Shown in pieces: positions 35,701-47,700 of a DNA stretch of 64,000 nt; positions within the stretch are counted from its first letter, which is position 1; every line of letters begins with the position of its first letter. Source of the stretch: Reclinomonas americana ATCC 50394 (taxonomy: Eukaryota). The stretch spans positions 71,413 through 135,412 of the forward strand of contig PS015109.1 in assembly GCA_048213135.1 (NCBI GenBank), in the 5' to 3' direction. The position numbers and the translations under genes were made by a program. Below the pieces are notes generated by a model. That model had not been told where the DNA came from, ran no database searches, and was given only the letters and a program-made list of their open reading frames with translations.

Positions 35701-38700
35701 ACGAACAGCACAGCGCCGTCATTGCTGACGGAGACCGACTGCACTCCGTTGAGCGTCACCGCCAAACCGGCCCCGCCGTCGACCGCATCACCGGCAACGA
35801 GCAGGCGACCGGCGACAGTGTCGAGCTGACCGGTGGCCACCGTGTATCGTCGAATCAGCTGATTGCCCTGGTCTGCCACCCACACATACGTGCCTTGCGA
35901 GTCGGCTGCCACACCCGTTGGGTTGTTGAGACGCGCAGCGGCACCCAAACCATCTGCACCGCCAGCAACACCAGCAGAGCCCACCAGCGTTGTAACTGTC
36001 CAAGTGGCAATCGTGACACGACGCAGGGCGTGACTGCCCGAGTCGGCGACCCACAGCGAGCCGAGCGAGTCGCACGCCAGACCACGTGGACCGTTGAATC
36101 GCGCCAGCGCCCCGTTGCCATCCGCAACGCCGCTCGCGGTAATAATGCCCGCCACAGTGGACANNNNNNNNNNNNNNNNNNNNNNNNNNNNNNNNNNNNN
36201 NNNNNNNNNNNNNNNNNNNNNNNNNNNNNNNNNNNNNNNNNNNNNNNNNNNNNNNNNNNNNNNNNNNNNNNNNNNNNNNNNNNNNNNNNNNNNNNNNNNN
36301 NNNNNNNNNNNNNNNNNNNNNNNNNNNNNNNNNNNNNNNNNNNNNNNNNNNNNNNNNNNNNNNNNNNNNNNNNNNNNNNNNNNNNNNNNNNNNNNNNNNN
36401 NNNNNNNNNNNNNNNNNNNNNNNNNNNNNNNNNNNNNNNNNNNNNNNNNNNNNNNNNNNNNNNNNNNNNNNNNNNNNNNNNNNNNNNNNNNNNNNNNNNN
36501 NNNNNNNNNNNNNNNNNNNNNNNNNNNNNNNNNNNNNCACGAGCACTGGCCGAGCGAGAGTGGTAAACGAGGTCACGGCGCTGGCGACGCCGGAAGCGGT
36601 GTCGCGAACACGGAAGTAGTAGGTGGTGGAGGGCGACAGCGAGGCCACTGCGGCTGACACGGGGACGTCAGTGGAACCGGTGATGGCGGACCCCGAGGCC
36701 GAGACGGTGACGCCGTTGCCGGCCAGCACATCGGCCTCGCTGACGGACGAGTAGTCGAACACGGGTGTGGCGCTGCCGTTGTTCGCATTGACCGATCCAC
36801 GAAGCACAACAGAGCCGGCAAGCAGGTTCGTGACCATGCTAGTAGAGAGCACAGGAAGAGCCAACGTGGTGAACGACTGCACTGTCGACGCTTGCACCGG
36901 GTCGCTCGTCCCCACAATCGTCGCCACAATTCGGTAATAATACAGCGTCGCCGGCTGAAGACCACTAAACGCGCCGCCCACGGCCTGCGGTGATCCAGAG
37001 TTGGCGCTCACAGACGCCGGCGACGCAGTCACACTCGCAAATCCAGCTCCAACGCCCGACGTCAGCACCACCATGGTTGGCGCCACCGCGAACTGCACAC
37101 TCACCCCAAAGCCACCACTCGTGTCCACCGTGCCCGACACCGCACCAGTCGTTGCCGTCACTGTCACCGTCCCCACGGCGTCAAGCACCAGCGCCGGCAA
37201 CGCCACCGTGGTGAACGACTCCACAGATCCCGCATACACCGTCGACCCCACTGTCTCTTGCACCACCGCACGATAGTAGTACACGGTGCTCGGCAGCAGA
37301 TTGCTGGCCGTCACACTGAACGTCACATTGCTCNNNNNNNNNNNNNNNNNNNNNNNNNNNNNNNNNNNNNNNNNNNNNNNNNNNNNNNNNNNNNNNNNNN
37401 NNNNNNNNNNNNNNNNNNNNNNNNNNNNNNNNNNNNNNNNNNNNNNNNNNNNNNNNNNNNNNNNNNNNNNNNNNNNNNNNNNNNNGGCCGCTCACCGTCA
37501 CACTCTTCGTCACTGTCCCGCTCGCACTCGTCACCACCCCACCCGCCGCCACACTCGTTCCCATGCCACCAAGCAGCAGCACATCGGTTGCCGCATACTC
37601 AAAGCTGACCGACACATCGGGCCCACCCTGTGCATTCACCCCCGCCGACAGCACCACCAATGTCGCCAACTGCGACGACACCGCCATCATCGTCACCGTC
37701 GGCAGCGACGCCGTCACCTGCACAGCCGTCGCTGTGCTGGTCAACGAAATGTCGGCCACACTGACCACCAGTCGCACCGTGTACGATGTGCTTGCCGCGA
37801 GACCACTCACTGAGGTGCTGACATTGGTCGCCGGCGCCGACAACGTCACCGTCGCTGGCGTCGCAGCAATCGTCTGCGTAGACCCCGATCCACTGTTCGT
37901 CTCGTACACCTCGAACGACACACTGGCCACGTCCGCACCGTTGCTCGCCACCGTGCCGCGCAGTGTGAATGACGAGCTGGTGACCGTATCTGTGGCCAGC
38001 AGCACGAGCACTGGCCGTGCGAGAGTGGTAAACGAGGTCACGGTGCTGGCGACGCCGGAAGCGGTGTCGCGAACACGGAAGTAGTAGGTGGTGGAGGGCG
38101 ACAGCGAGGCCACTGCGGCAGACACGGGGATGTCAGTGGAACCGGTGATAACGGTCCCCGAGGCCGAGACGGTGACGCCGTTGCCGGCCAGCACATCGGC
38201 CTCGCTGACGGACGAGTAGTCGAACACGGGTGTGGCGCTGCCGTTGTTCGCATTGACCGATCCTCGAAGCACAACGGAGCCGGCAAGCAGGTTCGTCACA
38301 GTGCTGGTCGACAGGGAGGGCGGGGTGGCGGTACTCGCGCTGATCACACTGCCGTAGAGCTCGCGCAGTGTCGAGCACTGCACCACAGCACGGTACCAAA
38401 CAGTCGTGCTGGTGGGTAGACCGGAGAGTGCGGCCGAAAATGTGACCGACCCAGTCACCGTTGGCGACGCCGGCGACACTGTGGAGAATCCGCTGATGGG
38501 CGGTGTAAGAAGTCGAATGACAAAGGCTGTCGATTCTGCCACATACAACGACGGCTGCACCGAAGAACTCGGCACGAGAGCCAGGCCACGAATGCTGGTG
38601 AATCGCGCGACAGCTACCGAGGCCCCGTTGGTGACACCGGCACTTCCGTACACACCGGCCACAGTGGCCACTGATCCGTCGCGCGCAACCCGCCGCACCA

Positions 38701-41700
38701 CCGTACCGCAAGCCACATAGAGAAGCCCAGCAAAGCCATCAAAGACCATTTGCTGTGGGGTGTCGAACGTGGCGCTGGTGGAGCTACCATCTGCTCCTCC
38801 ACTGACACCGTGCTGGCCGGCAAGCACGTTGGAGAGGCCGGTGGCCGACGTCAGGTCGACCCACCGAATAACATGATTGTGTGTGTCGGAGACGTACAAC
38901 CGCTGCGACGCTGCATCCAGCGCAATACCAGACGGCGTGTCGAACTTGGGCGAGGCGCCAACGGTGAAATCGGGCGTATCGGCCACACCACTGATCGTGC
39001 GTACTGTCCCCAGTTTGTTGACGCTGCGCACCGTGTGTGCTGCGCTGTCGGTGAGGTACGCCACACCAAACTTGTCCGCGACAATTGACGACGGAGAGCG
39101 GAACGTGGCGTAATAGCCGGTGCCGTCAGCTGTGCCAGCGGCGCCGGGACGACCGGCCACAGTCGTCACCACGCCGTTTGATAAAGAAATGCGACAGATG
39201 CGTCGGTTGCCAGTGTCGGCCACCCACAATGAGTCGTCCGACGAGTCGTAGGCGACAGCCTGCGGGCCCGTAAACTGTGCGGCCGTTCCGATGCCATCGG
39301 CACGGCCTGCAGCTGTCGACGTGCCGGCCAGTACGGTCACACTGCTGGTGGCGATCTCAAATTTCCTGATGGTGTGCGCGCCCGCGTCAGCCACATAAAT
39401 GTCAGTGGACGATGCGGACATTCCCAGCGGCTGGCCAAATGTGGCGGCGACGCCGACACCACTGCCACTCCCACTGACAAGGGCCGTAAATTGTTGGCCA
39501 GCGGCGAGCGTCGTGGAGTACTCCAGCGCCGCTGCAGAGCCGGTGGTGTAGTGAAACGAGGCAGTCACCGTGCCAGCGCACGTGTTCTTCACAGCGGAGC
39601 CTTGCAACGTCAGGCCCGTCACAGTGGCGCCTGTAGCCGCCAGTGTGGAGGTCGACGGAAGCTGTGGCAGCGTCACGGTCTGCACGGCGCTGACGGTACG
39701 CGGCGCACCTGACCTGTCCGTGCGCCTGGCGGCGTACATGTACGAATAGGTGGCGCCGGGGTCGAGATCCGCCAAAGTGGACGATACAGCGGTGCTGGTG
39801 GCCGTCACACTCGCGGGACTGCTGCTCAACACACGCGCGCCACTGCCATGCATGCTCACTCGGCGCACAGCATCGACACACGACACGTAGAGAGCATTGT
39901 TTGTCGTGTCTACTGCCACACCCATCGCTGCCTGCCACGACTGCGCGGGAGCAGCAGACGGCAACGGGCCGTCGACAGCGACGCCGTACAGGGTGGTCGT
40001 CGCGCCCGTACCCATGGTAACCAGGCGAATAACGTCACCGTCGGCCACATACACAGTTCCGTACGAGTCGACAGCCACACCACGCGGCTGTACGAATTGA
40101 GCGGCGGCGCCGGTGGTAGCGTCGGTCAGTGTGCCCTTCATGGAGCTGGAACCGGCCAAGGTAGCGGCGACACCGTCAGGATAAGAGATGGCGCGCACCA
40201 CGGCACCAGCAGTCGCGGCTTCTTCGCTGACATAGAGGAGGCCAGAGAGCGCGTCGCGCACCACGCCGTAGAGCAAGTCGTAGTGTGCGACATTAGCTGG
40301 GCCGTCCGCATACTGTCCGTCAACACCACTAAACTGCACGTCCAGTCCCGTACTGACGGTGACCAGGCGCACGCCAGACGCACCGACCACCAGAACACCA
40401 TTGGAGCTGCTCGGCGACACACAGTCGGTGATGTCCAGTGACTGTGCGTCGGTCCACACGGTCGACACGGTGTACGGACTGCTTGTGACGAGGAGGCGCA
40501 GTTTGTAGCTGCCAGAGTCGACGATAAACACGTCGGTGCTGGAGAATCGCTGACACAACCCGAGTGGGTGGTCGAACTTGGCGAGAACGCCGTTGGCGTC
40601 CACCGTGCCCGCGGAAGACAGTGTGCCAGCCAGCACAGACAGAGTGCCGTCGGTGGCCAGTCGACGAATGACGTGATTGTTGGTCTCGGAAAACAACAGC
40701 GCGCCTGAGGCTTGAAGAAGTAGACCACGGACCTGCTGCAGCTGAGCCACATACGGTGCCGCATCGTCCACTGCGCCGGCCGTAGTCGAGCCGGCAATGG
40801 TCGCCACCTGCGGACCGAGCATGGCGCTATCAAACGCCGCGTACACGGACACCGCGGCGGTCGCACCGCTGGCACCCGCCGCAGACGGAACCGAGACCGT
40901 GAAGCTCGTGTGTGTCAAAGTCGGAGATGTGGGTGAGCCGAGCTCCGGCGCAGCCAGCGGTACGTAAAACATGCCGACCAGGCCGGATGGATGTGGGAAA
41001 GCCAGGCCGTCGGTCGCGTCCACCGTGTACAGCGTGTAAAACGACACACCGCCCGGCACAACCAACGAGTTCAACGCCTGAGAGCCGCTGCTTTGGGTGA
41101 CGGGAGTGGTGCTTGATACAGTGCCCAACACATAATACGACATCGCAGAAGCCGTGCTGGAAAAGTCGGCCCGTCGAATTCGTCGAATTGTGGTATCGTC
41201 GGCCACATAATTGTAGGCGGTGGTGACCGCCACACTGGTGGGCGACAACAGGTTAGCAGCGCCAATGCCACCGACTGTGCCATTGGAGCCGGCCGCCACA
41301 CGTGTGAGACCCTCCGGCTCCGTCACTCGCAACGATCGGCACGTCGAGTCGGCCGCCACCAGCCACGGAAGGCCAAATGAGGGCTCTCGAAAAAAGTCGA
41401 ATGCCAGGTCGAACACTCCGTCGGAGTAGGGCACAGCGGGGGCCAGGGACACGCCAGGCAAATTGCTGCACTGTGGCGCGCCGGCCATACCCAGCACAGT
41501 GTACACGAGTCCGTCTCGGTTGACGACACGAATCGCCGAGGTGCCAGAGGCCACGTACAGTCGGCCGGGAGCGCCAAAGAAATCAGTGAATGCCAGGCCC
41601 ATCGGCCATGTAAAGGTGGCATCTTGACGATGGCCGTCGTCGTTGCCGGGAACCATGTATTTGCCGGCCAGCAGGTCGACTAGCCCCCCAGTGACGTCGA

Positions 41701-44700
41701 TTTGTCGAATGGCATGATTGGCGGCGTCGGCCACATACAGCACGTTGGCGGTGCCATCGGTCGCCACGTCAGACGGTGAGTAGAACTTGGCCTGAGACGA
41801 GCAGCTCCCGTCGTCGTAGCCCGTAGCAGAACTCAGGTCGCCACAGAACGTGGTCACCGTGAACGGATTGGAGAGGGCGATGTGACGAATGACGTGGTTG
41901 CCAGAGTCGGCCACCCACAGCTCCGTTTCGCTGGGCGAGAGTGCCAGACCGCGTGGATTCTTGAACTGCGCTGCAAGTCCGTTTCCGTCTAGGAGATGTC
42001 CGTGACCAGTGTCACCGGCCACCGTTGTCACTGCACCCGACGACAGCATCCGTCGAATCGTATGATCCAACTCGTCGGCAATATACAGCACGCCAGTCGA
42101 TGTGGCCACCATGCCGCGTGGTCTCCGGAAGCGCGCAGTAGTGCCCACAGCGTTGTCGACGGCCACTCCCGTGTAGCCGGGCGCACCGGCCATCAACTCG
42201 ACCTTGTCGACAAACAGCTGTGGATCCGTGTATACTTGCATGGTGACGATAAATGGGGCAGCAGCGTCCGCCGCCAACGCCGTCACATCGACCTGGAACT
42301 CGGTCGACGACGGGAAGCTCACTTGCGCGGCGGTCACGGTGCCAGTCATGAGCGTGCTGAACTGCTCCACACTGGAGTAGCCGGCGGTGTTCGCGTTCGA
42401 CGCCACGATGCGATACGAGTACGTGACTCCAGCAGACAAGATGCCGGGGACAATCTGAAATGACAAAACGGTAGGCGACGACGACGTCAGCGTCAGTGGC
42501 GATGACGTTCCCTCCGGCCGCAGCGGCCGCAGCGTCAAAATCCTCCAATCGTTCGACACATAGGCCGTACCGTGAGCGTCAAAGACAAGCGACTGGGCCG
42601 CTATGTAGCCCGTGTACGTCTCCACCGTCGGTTCGACCGTGAGGTGCAGCACACGGAGACGCTGATTGTCAATCATGTACAGACTGTGGGGGTCGGTGGG
42701 GTCGACCGCCACCGCTTGTGGGTACGAGACATTGGCCACATTGAGTGGGCCATCGAGCGAGAAACCACCCGCCGCAACCACCGTCGTCACCGTTTGCGGT
42801 GCAGCGAGAGTCACTCGGCGAATGAGCGTATTGCCACTGTCGGCCACATACAGGTATGCACCTTTGACAACGATGGAGGAGGGCGAAGCGAAACGTGCGG
42901 TAGTGCCATCAGCGTCGATATAGCCCGGACTGACGTGGCCGGCAAACGACTCGACACCGCGGCCTTTCGACGGGTTCAGATCCACAGAACGGATGGCGTT
43001 ACCGTCAATAACATACAGCATTTGTGCGGCCTCGTTCACGGCCAAGTTGCCGAGGGCCGAAAACGACGCCATTGATCCGTCGGGATTGTCGAGAGAATTG
43101 GCCGTTCCGTCGCCCACAAAGATGCTAGCCGAGGCGGTGGCCACAATCACCTCATGGACGTAAATATTGACCAAGTCGCTGAGGAAGAGGCGACCGTCGG
43201 GATGCCAAACAATCCCCGTAATGGTGCTAAAGGCGGCGGCGCCACCGATTCCGGGCACCGGCGGCGACTGACAACCGCCACCAACAAAGGTCCGCGTGAA
43301 ACCGTTCGGCTGCACCTGCCTAACCCGGCATCGACCGCCATTTCCCGTGTCGACCGTGTACAGCATCTGCGTAGTGAGGTCCATTGCCATGTTGAACAAG
43401 CCATCGAACGCGGCATCCATGGCCGCCGGCGATGTGGAGTCCACGGTCCCAAACATACCCGCCCCAGCCAGAGTAGAATGCGGTCCCCTCAAGTGCTGCA
43501 CATTCGCCGCCGACTGCGCCCACAACAACTGTGCCTGCAACGAAGGCCATCCCTGCATGTCCACATTGGCGGTGACTTCGACATTCGTAGTGCCGACAAC
43601 AGTGGCCGTCGGGCTGCTGATGATGGGCGGATTGTCGAGCGTCATGACAGAACAGTCCGCTCGCGTCCAATCAAATGGAGCGTACACCATCGGCAGCGTG
43701 GACGGCGTCAATCGTGCGCGAAAGTACACGACGGTGAGCGGGACAAAGGAACTGACAGTGGCCGTAAATAGCTGAACAATATCAGGCGCGTCCTTGACGG
43801 CGGCCACCAAGGAAATGGCCGACACTGACTTTTTAGGCTTCCACACAGTGACCACATGAGTGCTCGTCGACGCAGCAACAACAGTCAGCGGAGAATAGGT
43901 CGACGATGAGAGAACCACGAAAGCGGCCGGCGGATGAGTCACAAATAGGCCGACTTGCTCGGACGTGACAGAACCAGACGGGAAAGATCCATCGGCAAAT
44001 CTGATGCGTCGAAGCGGTGCAGTCTCGTGATCCGTGTTCTGTGCGGTCAGCGGGGTTGAGGACGGTGTGTACACGAGACAAAGAGAAATCATGAGGGCCC
44101 TCTCACCGANNNNNNNNNNNNNNNNNNNNNNNNNNNNNNNNNNNNNNNNNNNNNNNNNNNNNNNNNNNNNNNNNNNNNNNNNNNNNNNNNNNNNNNNNNN
44201 NNNNNNNNNNNNNNNNNNNNNNNNNNNNNNNNNNNNNNNNNNNNNNNNNNNNNNNNNNNNNNNNNNNNNNNNNNNNNNNNNNNNNNNNNNNNNNNNNNNN
44301 NNNNNNNNNNNNNNNNNNNNNNNNNNNNNNNNNNNNNNNNNNNNNNNNNNNNNNNNNNNNNNNNNNNNNNNNNNNNNNNNNNNNNNNNNNNNNNNNNNNN
44401 NNNNNNNNNNNNNNNNNNNNNNNNNNNNNNNNNNNNNNNNNNNNNNNNNNNNNNNNNNNNNNNNNNNNNNNNNNNNNNNNNNNNNNNNNNNNNNNNNNNN
44501 NNNNNNNNNNNNNNNNNNNNNNNNNNNNNNNNNNNNNNNNNNNNNNNNNNNNNNNNNNNNNNNNNNNNNNNNNNNNNNNNNNNNNNNNNNNNNNNNNNNN
44601 NNNNNNNNNNNNNNNNNNNNNNNNNNNNNNNNNNNNNNNNNNNNNNNNNNNNNNNNNNNNNNNNNNNNNNNNNNNNNNNNNNNNNNNNNNNNNNNNNNNN

Positions 44701-47700
44701 NNNNNNNNNNNNNNNNNNNNNNNNNNNNNNNNNNNNNNNNNNNNNNNNNNNNNNNNNNNNNNNNNNNNNNNNNNNNNNNNNNNNNNNNNNNNNNNNNNNN
44801 NNNNNNNNNNNNNNNNNNNNNNNNNNNNNNNNNNNNNNNNNNNNNGACGAGCATGGTACCGTCGGCGAGGCACACGATTCCACCAATGGTGGAACGCCAA
44901 CCGGCGGTGTAGAGATCGCCATCCACGTTGCCTGCCGATGCATATGGATCGTTGACTACCGTGGTCACGGTGCCGTCCGGCGCAATCTGACGGATAATGG
45001 CCGCCGGAGCACCACCATCGTTGCTGCGATCGGCGGCGTAAATATTGCCGTCGGGGCAAACCGCCAGCGCGGTGATGACGTTGAATGTGGCGGCCACACC
45101 GATAGAGTTGTCGGAGGCGCCGGGGTTCTCCGAGCCTGCCAGGCGACTCCACGAAGGCACCAAACGCACCGAGTTGCCACCGTCGGGCACGTACTCCATA
45201 ACAATACGGTACAAAGCGTGGCCATCGAGGCCAACTCCGGCACTACTGTTGTAGTACACGGTGCAGTCGGCGGGATCCACGGCCACCACCGATGGCTCGT
45301 TCACGTTGAAGTCACTGGCCTTGCCACTTATTACGGGCGTGCCACTCACAGACGCCGACTTGACAACAAGCGTTTGCACTTCCATCGATACCAGATCGAT
45401 GAGGCGGAGTGCGTTGTTTCCGGTATCTTGTGAGTGCGTGATTGTTAGTGATNNNNNNNNNNNNNNNNNNNNNNNNNNNNNNNNNNNNNNNNNNNNNNNN
45501 NNNNNNNNNNNNNNNNNNNNNNNNNNNNNNNNNNNNNNNNNNNNNNNNNNNNNNNNNNNNNNNNNNNNNNNNNNNNNNNNNNNNNNNNNNNNNNNNNNNN
45601 NNNNNNNNNNNNNNNNNNNNNNNNNNNNNNNNNNNNNNNNNNNNNNNNNNNNNNNNNNNNNNNNNNNNNNNNNNNNNNNNNNNNNNNNNNNNNNNNNNNN
45701 NNNNNNNNNNNNNNNNNNNNNNNNNNNNNNNNNNNNNNNNNNNNNNNNNNNNNNNNNNNNNNNNNNNNNNNNNNNNNNNNNNNNNNNNNNNNNNNNNNNN
45801 NNNNNNNNNNNNNNNNNNNNNNNNNNNNNNNNNNNNNNNNNNNNNNNNNNNNNNNNNNNNNNNNNNNNNNNNNNNNNNNNNNNNNNNNNNNNNNNNNNNN
45901 NNNNNNNNNNNNNNNNNNNNNNNNNNNNNNNNNNNNNNNNNNNNNNNNNNNNNNNNNNNNNNNNNNNNNNNNNNNNNNNNNNNNNNNNNCCACCGTGGGC
46001 GACATTACCGGATACCCGTCGTTGCCATTGACCAGGCCATTGGAGCCTGCCGTGCCCGCCAGCGTGGACGCAGTGTACTGACCGGAGCCGGGCATAGTTT
46101 CGGTGAGACGACGCACAATGTGCGTGCCCGACTGCGTCGTCGTGCAGCAGGCAAATGAGGTCACACGAGCATGAGAATGAATAGAGGAGCCATATGCAAC
46201 AACACAACGCAACATCAGTCACGTAAAAGTCCAGAGGTCCGCTGTAGTTGGGCGTCAGAGCCGTGTACGGCGGTGGACCAGTCACGATACTGACTGGAGA
46301 TGAGTGCTTGCCTACGGAGGGACCACCAGCTGTCGAGCCCGCCATGTTGGCCGTGCCGGAGAGGATGGCGGTCATGTAGTCGAAATCGGTGTGGTCTGTT
46401 GTATACTGAAGATCCACCGTTGCCGCCTCGCCAAAATTGTTGTACGCCGCAGTAACGGTGACGGAGGTGTTGGTGGCGGTGCGCGCAGACACATACGTGT
46501 CTTCGAATGTGGGGCGTTGAGCGGTGCGGAACGCGGCAGAGAGAGTTGCGTGCCACATGACAGGCAGCGACTTGAGAGTCACCGACGACGGATCCACAGC
46601 GTACTCCGACGGCTGCGTGCGCACGGCTACCATGCGGTAGAGCACCAAGGTGTTCGGCGCCAGACCTGTCACCGAAGCACTCACAGAGTTGACGCTGGAG
46701 AGATCGGTCAGCGGCGTGGCCGCCGTCAGGTGGGTCACGGGCATCTGAATTCGCCGGATTGAATCGCTGGCAGCCTGATCACAAGCAAATTCGTGAGACT
46801 GCTGGCACAATGCGGAGAGCCATAGGGCATGAACCACGCAACATCCGCGACATAAATTGCTCGATTGTACTCGTCGAACACCAGTCCGGTGGGTAAATTG
46901 AAGGAAGCCAAGGGTCCATCTGTGTTGCCGAATTGGAAATAGCTGCCGGCTAGCGTAGTGACAGACACGTTGTTGTTGAGGAGGCGAATCTCGCGAATGG
47001 TACCAGCAGAATCCGACACGACGATGCGACCACTGCGTTGACCAATCGCGATACCCTCCAGCTGCTGGAACCGAGCCGAGTTCTTGTCGCCATCAGCACC
47101 ACCGTTGGTTGTCACACTACCGGCGATGGTCACCACAGAGCGCGCGTAGGGGCTAAACACTCGCACCGTGTATCGATCGCAAATGAACAGTTGCCCGCCG
47201 GAATTCACCGCCAGTCCACTAGGCCTGGTGAATAGCGCCCCTGTGCCAGTGCCGTCCACAGTGGAGGGTGACGCGAACATGGAGGGGTCACCGGCAACAG
47301 TATTGACATAGCCTGCGGGGCGACAGAATAGTCAAAATAGAGGGCAAGGCGACGACAAGAAGGAGGAATGGCGTGCGTACCAGTGGCAGGGTCGTAGCTG
47401 CGGATAACTTTGATGCCCGCGTCGGCAATGTACAGAACTCGGCGGTTCTGGTCGAACGCCAATTCCACCGGCGTACCAAATCGCGCATCCGTCCCAAAGC
47501 CATCAGTGTGCATGGTACCGACTGTGAAGGTACCAGCCACTGTCGACGTGACGCACGGTGTTGACGAGCAGTCGAGGCGGCGAATGGAACGATTTGTCAC
47601 GTCGGCCACATACAAGTGTGAACGATCGCGGTCCCACGCCAACCCTTGTGGATGACAGAAGCGCGGTGGCGAGTCGGACATGGGGTCGCAGGTACCATCA

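Noticed and set aside
37181-46837. 3218 aa ORF as a standalone gene
   Set aside because: It is bridged by N gaps, includes intron sequence at its start and changes frame; it is part of the larger polycystin-like gene.
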